DNA from: Candidatus Geohabitans tengchongensis | Lineage (GTDB): Bacteria; Sysuimicrobiota; Sysuimicrobiia; Sysuimicrobiales; Humicultoraceae | NCBI GenBank assembly: GCA_031459625.1 | Contig: JAVKIH010000001.1 | Location: forward strand, 108,316 to 172,315 | Reading direction: 5' to 3' | DNA length: 64,000 nucleotides | Part shown: piece by piece, positions 47,001 to 55,482 of the stretch | Numbering within the stretch: the stretch's first letter is position 1 | Layout: each line of letters opens with the position of its first letter | Notes under the pieces: generated by a model | Database searches by the model: none | Told to the model about the DNA's origin: nothing | What the model saw: the letters and a program-made list of their open reading frames with translations, nothing else | Position numbers and translations under genes: made by a program

Positions 47001-47201
47001 ACCGCCCTCACCCTGGTGGTGATCCCGACGGTCTACACGCTGCTGGACGACCTGCTGGCACGGGCGCGTGAGGTGCGCCTGCGGGGAGTCCGCGTGCGCC
47101 AGCCGCTCCCGGTCACCGGCGGGGCGGGGGCCGCAGGCGAGGCCCGTGGCCGCCAGGCAGACCACCCCGGCGGCCCCACCCCCCCGGGCGCGCACGCCTG
47201 A
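44007..47201 (+). CDS. RND efflux permease (AcrB/HAE1-like)
   Basis: YPGAGPEEVE, GLMVDNAIVVNENI, GIVVNNAILLVE, RLRPILMT. Confidence 0.95.
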   Translation: MSLAALAVRRQVLVLMVIAGLLVLGLIAYGRLPVELFPNVQFPFVSVVTAYPGAGPEEVERLITRPLEEQLSSLTNVRTIRSISAEGASTVGIEFALGTDIDAAAADVRQRVDLVKAGFPRDAQDPIVQKFDFSALPVVLLGVSGPSGLGLRELAEEVIKPRLERVPGVAAVTVSGGREREIEVAVAQDRLRAEGFTIDQVEEALRLANLNIPAGRLRAGDEEFLVRVVGQFGRVEAIGDLVLQRGDGYTIPLRAVAEVRETFREPDQFTRLNGRDSVGLSVQKQAGANTVEVAEGVRRVVRDLRGILPPGTAIAVARDDSLFIRDAIADVQGNLLLGAALATLVVLLFLHDLRSTVIIALALPAAIVATYIPMFFFGFSLNTLSLLALAIAIGLMVDNAIVVNENISRHLALEPTPALAAERGAREVELAVWASNLANVAVFIPIAFTRGLVGQFFRQFGLTVVFANLFSILIGFTLTPMLSARWLRPRRPEDRPGRFATWWDRGFGRLQDRYAGLLRWALGRRWTVVGGAALLFAASLALVASPLIGKEFFPTGDYGQFQVSVTMPPGTALRQTDRAVRAVEAVLRDLPEVEAVFALVGGAEDPFLGTTSGSQRGQIFVNLVPRERRTRSVDEVMAEVRARTRRIAGAEVHVAAQGGAGPGTAPVQVELSGPDVAVLQRLAAQVERIVARTPGTTNVDTNLDAGTSEVQVRLDQARLAELGLTTARVGTAVRQALAGVAASRYRGVGQEVDIVVRAGAADRAAVERLADLHVATVGGRPVRLGDVATLEVRRGPAVIERKDRQRLAVVSASLLGRPLSAVVNDIQRALPAVALPPGYTVRFGGEAEFQRETFGDMLFALGLGSLLVYMTMAAQFESLVQPFVIMFSLPLASIGTFLLLLLTRTTVSLISLLGIVMLAGIVVNNAILLVEFITQRRREGAPRQEAILAAARTRLRPILMTALVSIMGGLPVALGLGASGAEWRRPLGVAVLGGMFTSTALTLVVIPTVYTLLDDLLARAREVRLRGVRVRQPLPVTGGAGAAGEARGRQADHPGGPTPPGAHA

Positions 47202-47419
47202 GCGCAGGCCCTGGTGGCCGGGGTCCTCCCGGTCAGGGCACGGTGCGGCCCGTGGCCAGGTTCCCCCGCCGGGTGCGGTCGCGAAACCTTCCCAACCCCC
47301 GAGCCACTGACGGCGTGTCGGTGCACGGCGGCGGGGTAATGGTTCAAGCAGACGGCCAGCGAGCGGGGTGTGCCGGGGCCGGAGCCGGCCGCTCCGGCCC
47401 TCGCCGCGGGGCGCCGCAG

Positions 47420-47645
47420 GAGGGCAGCACGGCGACGCTGGAGGTCCGCGGGCGCACGGTCGGCGTCGCCGGGGTCAAGGGGTTCTGCGGCGGTTTCGCC
47501 CCGCACGCGGTCCAGCCGTTCGGGGAGCAGCAGCTCGAGGCCTTCATCGCCGAGGCGGTGCACGAAGCCAAGAAGCTGGCGGCCGCACGCGCGCCCGCGC
47601 ACCGGCGTGCCGCCTACAACGTGGCCATGCCGGTCATCCGCGCCC
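47420..47645 (+). pseudogene. Internally deleted metallophosphoesterase remnant
   Basis: VGVAGVKGFCGGF...FGEQQLEAFIAEAVHEAKKL joined to (GVP)-YNVAMPVI, both segments recalled from an Icc-like metallophosphoesterase family; N-terminus and middle missing. Confidence 0.55.
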
Positions 47646-47655
47646 CTAACCCTCG

Positions 47656-49488
47656 TCACGCTTTGAGGTCGTCCACCACCAGGTCGACGAAGCGGGGCGC
47701 CACTCCGACCGGCAGCTCCACCAGCCCGGTGGCGCGGTTGGTCAGGCGCAGCTCGGGGATGACGATCAGCGGCAGGAGGCTGAGCGTCATCTCGATCCCG
47801 GACGCCGGGCAGCCGGCCGCCCGCAGGGCCGCCTCCAGGGCTTCGACCTGTTCGGCCACCATCTCCACGGGCTCCAGCGACATCAACCCGCCCAGCGGCA
47901 GGGGGACGGCGGCCCGCACCGCACCGCCCGCCACCACCACCATGCCTCCGCCCATGGCGATGAGCGCGTTGCCGGCCGCCACCATGTCGTCGTCGTCCGT
48001 CCCGACGAGGAGGAGGTTGTGGCTGTCGTGGGCCACGGTGGAGCCGAAGGCCACGTGCGGCCCGAAGCCGAGTCCCGTGACGAACCCCGCCCCCCGCCGC
48101 GGCGCGTCGCCGCCGTGGCGGTAGAAGAGGACAGCCTTGGCCAGGTCGCGCGCGGGATCGGCGGCCAGCGCGCCGTCGCGTACGGCCAGCACGGCCGTCT
48201 CCTGCACCGTGCGGGCGCTGCCGGGGACGACGCGGATCACCCGCACGGTCGCCCGCGCGCCGCGATGGGGCAGGCGCACGTCCTGGCTCCCGAGCGGCGC
48301 CAGGTGCACCGAGCGCAGCGCCCAGGCCGGGTAGGGGTACGGGGGGATGTCGACGACGAGCCGGCCGTCCTCCGCCACCAGCACCCCGTCCGCGTAGACC
48401 TGGTCGACGGCCACGGCGGCGAGGTCCCGCAGCACCAGGATGTCGGCGGCCCGGCCGGGGGAGAGGGTGCCGATCCACCGGCTGCGCTCCAGGAGCTGCG
48501 CGGCATTGAGGGTGGCCATCTGGATGGCCACCAGCGGCGGGACCCCGTGGGCGACGGCCGCACGCACGGCGCGGTCCATGTGCCCCTCGCGCACCAGCGT
48601 GGCCGGGGTGACGTCGTCGGTGACGATGGTGAAGAAGCGCGTGTCCAGCCCGGGGCGCTCGGTCACCGCGCGCACCAGGCGCGGCAGGTCGAGCCAGGCG
48701 GTGCCGTAGCGCTGCTGCGCGTAGCAGCCCAGGCGGGCCCGCGCCAGCGCGTCCTCCGGGGTGGTGCCCTCGTGGCAGGCGACGAGCCCTGCCGCCACGA
48801 AGGCCTGCAGCCCCGGGTGGAGGGCCGGGCTGGCGTAGTGCCCGGTGGGGACCACCCCGGCGCGCAGCGAGGCGGCGGTGATGGCGTGCACCTGCGGGTC
48901 GCCGTAGATCACCCCGGGGAAGTTCATCTGCTCCCCCTGCAGCTGCGCCCACCCGCGCCGGTACGCCTCGGCCACCTCCTCCGGCCCCAGCGTCGCCCCC
49001 GCGTCCTCCATCCCCGGGATGGAGGGGACGCACACCGGCATGGCCAGGAGGACCTTGAGGGGGAGCCCTGCCGCGGCGGCGTGGAAGAGCTCCACCGCCC
49101 GCAGGCCGAAGACGTTGGCCAGCTCGTGGTTATCGCAGGCGATGGTGGTCGTGCCGTGCGGCAGGACCGCCCGGGCGAAGCTGCGCACGTCCACCATGCT
49201 GCTCTCCACGTGCAGGTGGGTGTCGATGAAGCCCGGCGCGAGGTAGCGGCCGGCGACGTCCACGACGGTGGTGTGCGGGCCGATGGGGAGGTGGCCGGCG
49301 TCGCCGACCAGCGCGATGAACCCCTCCCGCACGGCCACGTCGACCCCCTCCAGCACCTCGGCCGTGTTCACGTTCACCAGCCGGCCGCCGCGCAGCAGCA
49401 GGTCGGGCGGCTCGCGCCCCATGGCGGTGGCGGCGAGCGCCTGCGTCACCTGGTCGAGCGTGCGCCGGCGGTGCCCGGCAACGGTCAT
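47656..49488 (-). CDS. ade: Adenine deaminase
   Basis: PGFIDTHLHVESSM, HELANVFG, CHE, TDD, STVAHDSHN, LPLGGLMS, LIVIPELRLT. Confidence 0.92.
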   Translation of the reverse strand: MTVAGHRRRTLDQVTQALAATAMGREPPDLLLRGGRLVNVNTAEVLEGVDVAVREGFIALVGDAGHLPIGPHTTVVDVAGRYLAPGFIDTHLHVESSMVDVRSFARAVLPHGTTTIACDNHELANVFGLRAVELFHAAAAGLPLKVLLAMPVCVPSIPGMEDAGATLGPEEVAEAYRRGWAQLQGEQMNFPGVIYGDPQVHAITAASLRAGVVPTGHYASPALHPGLQAFVAAGLVACHEGTTPEDALARARLGCYAQQRYGTAWLDLPRLVRAVTERPGLDTRFFTIVTDDVTPATLVREGHMDRAVRAAVAHGVPPLVAIQMATLNAAQLLERSRWIGTLSPGRAADILVLRDLAAVAVDQVYADGVLVAEDGRLVVDIPPYPYPAWALRSVHLAPLGSQDVRLPHRGARATVRVIRVVPGSARTVQETAVLAVRDGALAADPARDLAKAVLFYRHGGDAPRRGAGFVTGLGFGPHVAFGSTVAHDSHNLLLVGTDDDDMVAAGNALIAMGGGMVVVAGGAVRAAVPLPLGGLMSLEPVEMVAEQVEALEAALRAAGCPASGIEMTLSLLPLIVIPELRLTNRATGLVELPVGVAPRFVDLVVDDLKA

Positions 49489-49765
49489 GGACGGCCTCCC
49501 GGGTGAGGGTTGCCGCTGTATTGGACGTCGGGCCGGGCGGCCCCTACAGGCCGGCTGCGGCGGCGGACTCCGGGCAGACCCCCTCCGGCGGGGAGCGCTC
49601 CTCGCTGTGCGCGGGTCGGGCGGGAACCCGACCCGCGCCCGCCGGAGGACGAGGCCGGTGAAGGGATTGGTGGAGTCTCGGGAGCGATAGACGACCTGTA
49701 CACTTCCAGGGTGGGTTCTGCCCGATGGCGGGTCCGGCTAGGGGCCGGGACGGCGGCGCCGGGGG

Positions 49766-50419
49766 ATGTCGGCGTCGGGAAGGAGGCAGGCGGAGACGCG
49801 CGCGCTGCTCGCGGCGGTGACGGATGCCGGCTACCTGCTGCAGGTGCGCTTTCCGGGGCTGGGCGTGGCCGGCGCCCTGTGGAGCCGACTCCGCTACGGC
49901 CGCCTCTCGGCCGGGTACGCGCGCGCGGTCGCCCGCGACCCGGCCTACCTGGCGCCGCTCGAGGTCCTGCTGAGCGTGCTTGGCCCTGTGGAAGGGATGA
50001 TCGTCGAGAGCGGGGCCGGCACGGGGACCGCCACGGCGCGGTTGCTGGAGGCGAACCCCGACGCTCCGGTCGTGGCCGTGGACCGGTCGGCGGCGATGCT
50101 GTCCCTCATGGAGAAGAGGTCCGGGCGGGTCGTCGGGGTGGTGGGCGACGCCTTCCGCCTGCCGGTCGCCCGGGATGTGGCGGCGCTGGCCATCAGCCAC
50201 AACGCCCCCTGCTCGCTGGTGGAACTGGCCCGGGTTACACGCCGCGGCGGCCACGTCGCCCTGGTCCTCTCGGCGGCCGGGCGGTTGCCGGCCTGCTTCT
50301 GCACGTGGGCGCTACGCGCCCGGCCGGCCGACCTGGTGCCGGTCCGCACGGTGTCGGCCGGCCGAGGCCGGGGGTGGCTCTTCCGGAAATCCGAGGAGAG
50401 CGCCGCCGGCCTCAGGTGA
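49766..50419 (+). CDS. Class I SAM-dependent methyltransferase-like protein
   Basis: VESGAGTG motif I, VAVDRSAAML, GDAFRLP, ELARVTRRGG. Confidence 0.7.
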   Translation: MSASGRRQAETRALLAAVTDAGYLLQVRFPGLGVAGALWSRLRYGRLSAGYARAVARDPAYLAPLEVLLSVLGPVEGMIVESGAGTGTATARLLEANPDAPVVAVDRSAAMLSLMEKRSGRVVGVVGDAFRLPVARDVAALAISHNAPCSLVELARVTRRGGHVALVLSAAGRLPACFCTWALRARPADLVPVRTVSAGRGRGWLFRKSEESAAGLR

Positions 50420-51413
50420 AGCGCACGACCTCTTCGGGGTCGAGGAGCTGCAGCGGGCGCGGGCTGAGGGGCGCGGGCGCGACGAGGTCGACTTCCACCT
50501 CGTCCGGGCCGCGCAGCCGCAGGCCCACCTCGCTGCCGGCGTCGTACGCTCCCAGGACCCGCTCCGGTGCGGCCGCGAGCACCCGCTGCGCCAGCGCCTG
50601 CAGGGCTTCCCGGCGCGGGAGCGCGACGGCCCACGCCACCAGCCGCACACTGTCCGGCGGCGGCGGCGGGACCCCCACCCCTGCCCACGTGTTGAGGCCG
50701 ATGTGGTGGTGGTAGCCGCCCGCGGCCAGGAAGAGGGCCCGCGGGCCGTACCAGGCGACCTCCTCGAAGCCCAGCAGGTCCCGGTAGAACGCGGCCGCGG
50801 CGGCGATGTCCGCGGTGCGCAGGTGGATGTGCCCGATGCGGGCGGCGGGGTGGGCGCCGGTCCAGGGCGCGTCGGGAGGGGCCTGCGCCAGCAGGTCGAC
50901 CAGGTCCAGCGGCAGCGTGTCGATCTGCAGCTGCCCGTCCCGGCGCGGCCAGCGGTCGCGCGGCCGGTCGGCGTACACCTCGATGCCGTGGCCGTCGGGG
51001 TCGGCCAGGTAGATCGCCTCGCTCACCAGGTGGTCGGAGGCGCCTTCCAGGGGGACCTCAAGCCTCAGCAGGCGGCGCAGCAGGCGCGCCAGCGTGGCCC
51101 GGTCCGGGTGGAGGAAGGCAACGTGGTAGAGCCCGCTCGTCCGCGCCGGCTGGGGTCGCGCGCCCGGCTGCTCGGTGAGGACCAGGGCGGCCGGCGGCTC
51201 CCCGCTGGCCGAGAGGCCCACCGTGCGCCCGCCCCCGGCCCCTGCCGCGGCGTGGATCGGGACGGGCACCTCGCCGGCGACCACGCGCCACCCCAGGGCA
51301 TCGCGGTAGAAGGCCAGCGCCCGGTCGAGGTCGGCCACCGTGAGGTGGACGCGGCCCACGGTGGCATCCGGAGGAAGCGGGGGACCGGCCTCAGATCGCG
51401 CGGGAGACGTCAC
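50412..51413 (-). CDS. VOC/glyoxalase family protein (CatE-like)
   Basis: GRVHLTVADL, GLYHVAF, DHLVSEAIYLADPDGHGIEVY, GHIHL, GGYHHHIGLNTW. Confidence 0.9.
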   Translation of the reverse strand: MTSPARSEAGPPLPPDATVGRVHLTVADLDRALAFYRDALGWRVVAGEVPVPIHAAAGAGGGRTVGLSASGEPPAALVLTEQPGARPQPARTSGLYHVAFLHPDRATLARLLRRLLRLEVPLEGASDHLVSEAIYLADPDGHGIEVYADRPRDRWPRRDGQLQIDTLPLDLVDLLAQAPPDAPWTGAHPAARIGHIHLRTADIAAAAAFYRDLLGFEEVAWYGPRALFLAAGGYHHHIGLNTWAGVGVPPPPPDSVRLVAWAVALPRREALQALAQRVLAAAPERVLGAYDAGSEVGLRLRGPDEVEVDLVAPAPLSPRPLQLLDPEEVVRFT

Positions 51414-52495
51414 GGCGCGGCGGGCAACTCGTCGTCGCGCAACTCGCCCGGCACCACCGTCAGCTCGAGGGGCTCGACCCCGCGCAGCACGGCCACGCGC
51501 AGCGGGCGTCCGATGGCCTGCTCCGTCCCCAGCACCCGCTGCAGGTCGTCGGGGGACGTCACGGGCTGCCCGTCGAGGCCGACGACCACGTCGCCCGGAC
51601 GGATCCCGCCGGCCGCCGCCGGCGTCCCCGGGAGGACCTCCACCACGCGCACGGCCGTCTCGGCCGGCAGGTGGTGTTGCAGCACCAGCCGCCGGTCCAG
51701 CCGGTGGGGCTGCGCGGAGATGCCCAGGTAGGCCCGCCGGACCCGTCCGTGCCGGATGAGCTGCGCCGCCACCTGCGCCGCCGTGTTGGCGGGGATGGCG
51801 AAGCAGATCCCCTGCGAGCCGGCGATGACGGCGGTGTTGATGCCCACGACGCGGCCGCGGAAGTCGACCAGCGGCCCGCCCGAGTTGCCGGGATTGAGGG
51901 GCGCGTCGGTCTGGATGACGTTCTCGATGAGGCGGCCCGTCTCGGTGCGCAGCGTGCGCCCCAGCGCGCTGACCACGCCCGTCGTCACCGTGGCCTGGAA
52001 CCCCAGCGGGTTGCCGATGGCCACCACCAGCTGCCCCGGGCGCAGGCGCGAGGAGTCGCCGAACTCCACCGCCGGCAACCCGGTCTCGGGGACGGCGATC
52101 ACCGCCAGGTCGGTGTGCGGGTCGGCGCCGACGAGGCGGGCCTGCAGCTCCCGCCCGTCGGGCAGCCGCACCGCGATGCGGTCGGCGCCCCGCACGACGT
52201 GGCGGTTGGTGAGGATGTAGCCGTCGGGGGTGATGATGGCGCCGCTCCCGGCCCCGCGCAGCTCCGGCCAGCCGCGGCGCTGCAGGGACGCCGGCGCCCG
52301 GCGGGCCAGGCCGACGCTGACCACCGCCGGGCCCACTCGCTCGACGGCCCGGACCACGGTCCGGGAGTAGGCGTCGAGGGCCTCGACCTCCACCGCGGCC
52401 GTCTCCTCCCGAGCCGGCGGACCGTTCGCGCCGGGGGCGGGGAGGTCGTCGCGGACTTCGGGGTCGTGCTGGGTCACCAGCTGCGCCAGTCGCAT
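51410..52495 (-). CDS. HtrA-like trypsin serine protease with PDZ domain
   Basis: GSGAII, TNRHVV, DLAV, IQTDAPLNPGNSGGPL, C-terminal PDZ; GAGGAG RBS before ATG 52495. Confidence 0.93.
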   Translation of the reverse strand: MRLAQLVTQHDPEVRDDLPAPGANGPPAREETAAVEVEALDAYSRTVVRAVERVGPAVVSVGLARRAPASLQRRGWPELRGAGSGAIITPDGYILTNRHVVRGADRIAVRLPDGRELQARLVGADPHTDLAVIAVPETGLPAVEFGDSSRLRPGQLVVAIGNPLGFQATVTTGVVSALGRTLRTETGRLIENVIQTDAPLNPGNSGGPLVDFRGRVVGINTAVIAGSQGICFAIPANTAAQVAAQLIRHGRVRRAYLGISAQPHRLDRRLVLQHHLPAETAVRVVEVLPGTPAAAGGIRPGDVVVGLDGQPVTSPDDLQRVLGTEQAIGRPLRVAVLRGVEPLELTVVPGELRDDELPAAP

Positions 52496-52644
52496 CGTCT
52501 GCTCCTCAGCAAGGCACAACGGCTCCCCCGCAGCCGGTATTCCAGCCCGAGGCCGGCGGCCCTGCCGGTCGACGGTCCCCGGGCAGGCGTCGGTGCCCCG
52601 CGGGTGGAACTCTCCGGGGTCGGCGAGAGAAGGAGGGATCCCCG

Positions 52645-53001
52645 GTGAAGCGTGTGGCGCACCACCGCCTGGCCGAGCTCCCGGCCGAGGCGGTCAACCC
52701 GTACATGACCCGGCGGCTGGTGTGGGGCGAGCGCGTCATGGCGGCCTTCATGGAGTTCAAGCAGGGCGCCGTGGTCCCGGTCCATGCGCACGACAACGAG
52801 CAGATCACCTACTGCATCTCCGGGTTGATGCGCTTCACGCTGCCCGACGGCGAGCTGCTGCTGCGGCCCGGCGAGGTGCTGGTGATCCCCGGCGGCGTGC
52901 CGCACGGAGCGGAGTGCCCCGAGGACACGGTGGAGATGGACATCTTCAGCCCGCCCCGCCAGGACTGGATCGACCGCACCGACGACTACCTGCGGCGCTG
53001 A
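52645..53001 (+). CDS. Cupin domain protein
   Basis: HAHDNEQ, IPGGVPH, DIFSPPRQDW. Confidence 0.9.
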   Translation: MKRVAHHRLAELPAEAVNPYMTRRLVWGERVMAAFMEFKQGAVVPVHAHDNEQITYCISGLMRFTLPDGELLLRPGEVLVIPGGVPHGAECPEDTVEMDIFSPPRQDWIDRTDDYLRR

Positions 53002-53013
53002 GGGGGGCGGGAC

Positions 53014-53448
53014 GTGCAGGCGCAGCGGCCGGCCATGGATGACCGCATCGACATCCTGGCGGGGATGGCGCTCTTCGCCGACCTCTCCCGCGCCCAGCTC
53101 GAGGCCGTGGCCCACACCTTCGAGGAGGAGTGGTTCAGCGAGGGCCAGCGCATCCTGCGGCAGGGGCTCTCCGGGGCGGGGTTCTACGTGATCCTGGATG
53201 GCGAGGTGGCGGTGCGCGTGGACGGGGAAACGCGCGCCACCCTGGCGCGCGGGGACGTCTTCGGCGAGGTCTCGGCGCTGCTGGGCGAGCCGCCGGTGGC
53301 CGACGTGGTGGCCCTGCGGCCGCTGCGCTGCCTGGTGCTGGCGGCGCCGGAGGTGAAGGGGTTCCTGCTGGCCTATCCGACGGTGATGTACCGGATGCTC
53401 CAGGTCGTGGCGCGGCGGCTCCGCCACGCCACCCAGTGGCGCGCGTGA
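53014..53448 (+). CDS. Stand-alone cyclic-nucleotide-binding domain protein
   Basis: LFADLS, GQRILRQG, FYVILDGEV, GDVFGEVSALL. Alternative ATG at 53035. Confidence 0.88.
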   Translation: MQAQRPAMDDRIDILAGMALFADLSRAQLEAVAHTFEEEWFSEGQRILRQGLSGAGFYVILDGEVAVRVDGETRATLARGDVFGEVSALLGEPPVADVVALRPLRCLVLAAPEVKGFLLAYPTVMYRMLQVVARRLRHATQWRA

Positions 53449-54974
53449 CCCAGATCCCCGGCGCCGGGAGTGGGCGCCTCCAACCTGCCGCACGCCCCTT
53501 CCCGCCGGGGCGCTACCCGGTCGTCGTGGTGGGCAGCGGCCCCGGGGCGCTGCAGGTGGCCTACGCGCTGCGGCGGCTGGGCGTCGAGCCCGCCGTCCTC
53601 TCGGGAGACGACGCCCCCGGGGGGATGTTCCGGCACTACCCGCTCTTCCAGCGGCTTATCACCTGGTCGAAGGCCTATCCTCCGGGCGGGCCTGACGGGC
53701 GCCTGTACTACTGGCACGACTGGAACTCGCTCATCGTCGACGACCCGCGGGAGCGGGCGCTCCTCCCCGAGTTCATGGACGGGAGCTCCATCTTCCCCTC
53801 GCGCGAGGAGATGGCCCGCAGCCTCGTGGCCTTCGCGGAGCGCACCCGCCTGCGCGTGCGCTACGGGGTGACCTGGGAGGGGACGCGGCGGGAGGCGGAG
53901 GGCTTCACGCTCCTCACCAGCGACGGGGCCTACCAGGCGCGCGTCCTGGTCTTCGCCGTCGGGATGGCCCAGCCGTGGAAGGCGCCTATCCCCGGGATCG
54001 AGCCCGTCCCGCACTACGTCGAGGCGAAGCCGCTCGCCGCCTACACCGGCAAGCGAGTCCTCATCATCGGCAAGCGCAACAGCGCCTTCGAGCTGGCCGA
54101 CGCGCTCCTCCCGGTGGCCCGCCAGCTCGTCCTCCTCTCGCCCCGGCCGCCGCTCCTCTCCCTGCTGCACCGCTCCACGGCCGGCGTGCGGGCCCGGTAC
54201 GCCGTGCCGTACGAGGACCACGCGCTGGGCGGCAACGTCTTCGTCCTGGACGCCGCCGTCGAGCGGGTGGAGCGCACCGCAGACGGCTACCGAGTGCACG
54301 CGCAGGGGACCACACGTCCCGGGCCGCTGGTGCTGGAGAGGGAGGAGGCCATCGTGGCCACCGGTTTCGCCGCGCCGCTCGGCGACCTGCGCGCGCTCGG
54401 GGTGGCCACCTTCGCCCAGGACCGGCTGCCGGGCCTCACGCCATTCTGGGAGAGCGCCACCGTCCCGGGGATCTACTTCGCCGGTGCCGCCTCCCAGGGC
54501 GCCGTGGGGCTGCGCAAGCACGGCGTTCCCAGCAATTCCGGGGGGATTGGCGGCTTCCGGCACAACGCCCGCGTGCTGGCCCGCCACCTGGTGGAGACGC
54601 ACTTCGGGCAGCGCCTGCCGCGGCCCACGCTGCACCCCGAGGCCGTCGTCCCCTACCTGCTCGGCGAGGCCACCCGCGCCTCGGAGCTGTGGAACCAGCG
54701 CTCCTACCTGGCGCGGGTGGTGGCCTTCGACCGCGAGCGCGGCATCACCGACGAGGGGATCCTGCCGCTGGCCTGGTTCGTGGACGCGCCGGGGCCCGAC
54801 GCGGTGGCCATCGTGCTGGAGACGGACGCCACCGGCGACCACCACCCGGCGGTGTACGTGCGCCGGGGCGGGCGGGTGACGGAGCACGTCCTCCCCGGCG
54901 ACCCGCTCCTCACCTTCGAGCGCCCCGACCACCACGCGCAGCTCGCCGACATCCTGCGGGGCCTGCTGGCCTGA
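53445..54974 (+). CDS. FAD/NAD(P)-dependent oxidoreductase, FOXRED2-like
   Basis: VVGSGPGA, HDWNSL, IIGKRNSAFE, VATGF, GIYFAG, GGFRHNAR; GTGA overlap with the cNMP gene. Confidence 0.85.
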   Translation: MTQIPGAGSGRLQPAARPFPPGRYPVVVVGSGPGALQVAYALRRLGVEPAVLSGDDAPGGMFRHYPLFQRLITWSKAYPPGGPDGRLYYWHDWNSLIVDDPRERALLPEFMDGSSIFPSREEMARSLVAFAERTRLRVRYGVTWEGTRREAEGFTLLTSDGAYQARVLVFAVGMAQPWKAPIPGIEPVPHYVEAKPLAAYTGKRVLIIGKRNSAFELADALLPVARQLVLLSPRPPLLSLLHRSTAGVRARYAVPYEDHALGGNVFVLDAAVERVERTADGYRVHAQGTTRPGPLVLEREEAIVATGFAAPLGDLRALGVATFAQDRLPGLTPFWESATVPGIYFAGAASQGAVGLRKHGVPSNSGGIGGFRHNARVLARHLVETHFGQRLPRPTLHPEAVVPYLLGEATRASELWNQRSYLARVVAFDRERGITDEGILPLAWFVDAPGPDAVAIVLETDATGDHHPAVYVRRGGRVTEHVLPGDPLLTFERPDHHAQLADILRGLLA

Positions 54975-55053
54975 CGGCACGCCGCAGCAGCGGGTGACGG
55001 GGCCGGCCTCATCTGCCGAAGGTGGCCGTTTGCAACTGGGCCCGGGGCGAGTG

Positions 55054-55482
55054 TCAGTGGTGGACCTGGTCGGTGACGGCGCGGAGCCGGCGCACCACCT
55101 CGCGCAGGATGGCCAGGGTGATGCGGGGGTGCCGCTCCAGCAGCCGGGTGAAGTCCCAGGAGGCCAAGGCGAGGCAGGTCGTGGGTTCCTCGGTGATCAC
55201 GTGCGCCAGGCGCGGGGCCCGGTCGAGCACGGAGACCTCGCCGAAGAACTCGCCGGGCCCCAGGCGGTTCAGGACCTCGTGGCCCCGCACCACGCGCACG
55301 CGTCCGCGCACGATCATGTAGAAGCCCGTGCCCACCTGACCCTGGCGCACGATGTAGCGGTTGGCGGGGAACTCGATCTCCTGCGCGCGGTCCGCGATCA
55401 TGCCCAGCGCCCGGCCGGAGATCCCGGAGAAGAGGGCGACGCGGCGCAGGAGCTGGACTCTCTGACGGCGGGTCATGGGCAT
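55054..55482 (-). CDS. Stand-alone cyclic-nucleotide-binding domain protein
   Basis: LFSGIS, IVRQG, FYMIVRGRV, GEFFGEVSVLDRAPRLAHV. Confidence 0.9.
   Translation of the reverse strand: MPMTRRQRVQLLRRVALFSGISGRALGMIADRAQEIEFPANRYIVRQGQVGTGFYMIVRGRVRVVRGHEVLNRLGPGEFFGEVSVLDRAPRLAHVITEEPTTCLALASWDFTRLLERHPRITLAILREVVRRLRAVTDQVHH

Noticed and set aside
49489..49765. Canonical purine, cobalamin or SAM-I riboswitch upstream of ade or the methyltransferase
   Set aside because: The conserved core sequences of these classes were not found on either strand; kept only as an unclassified structure.
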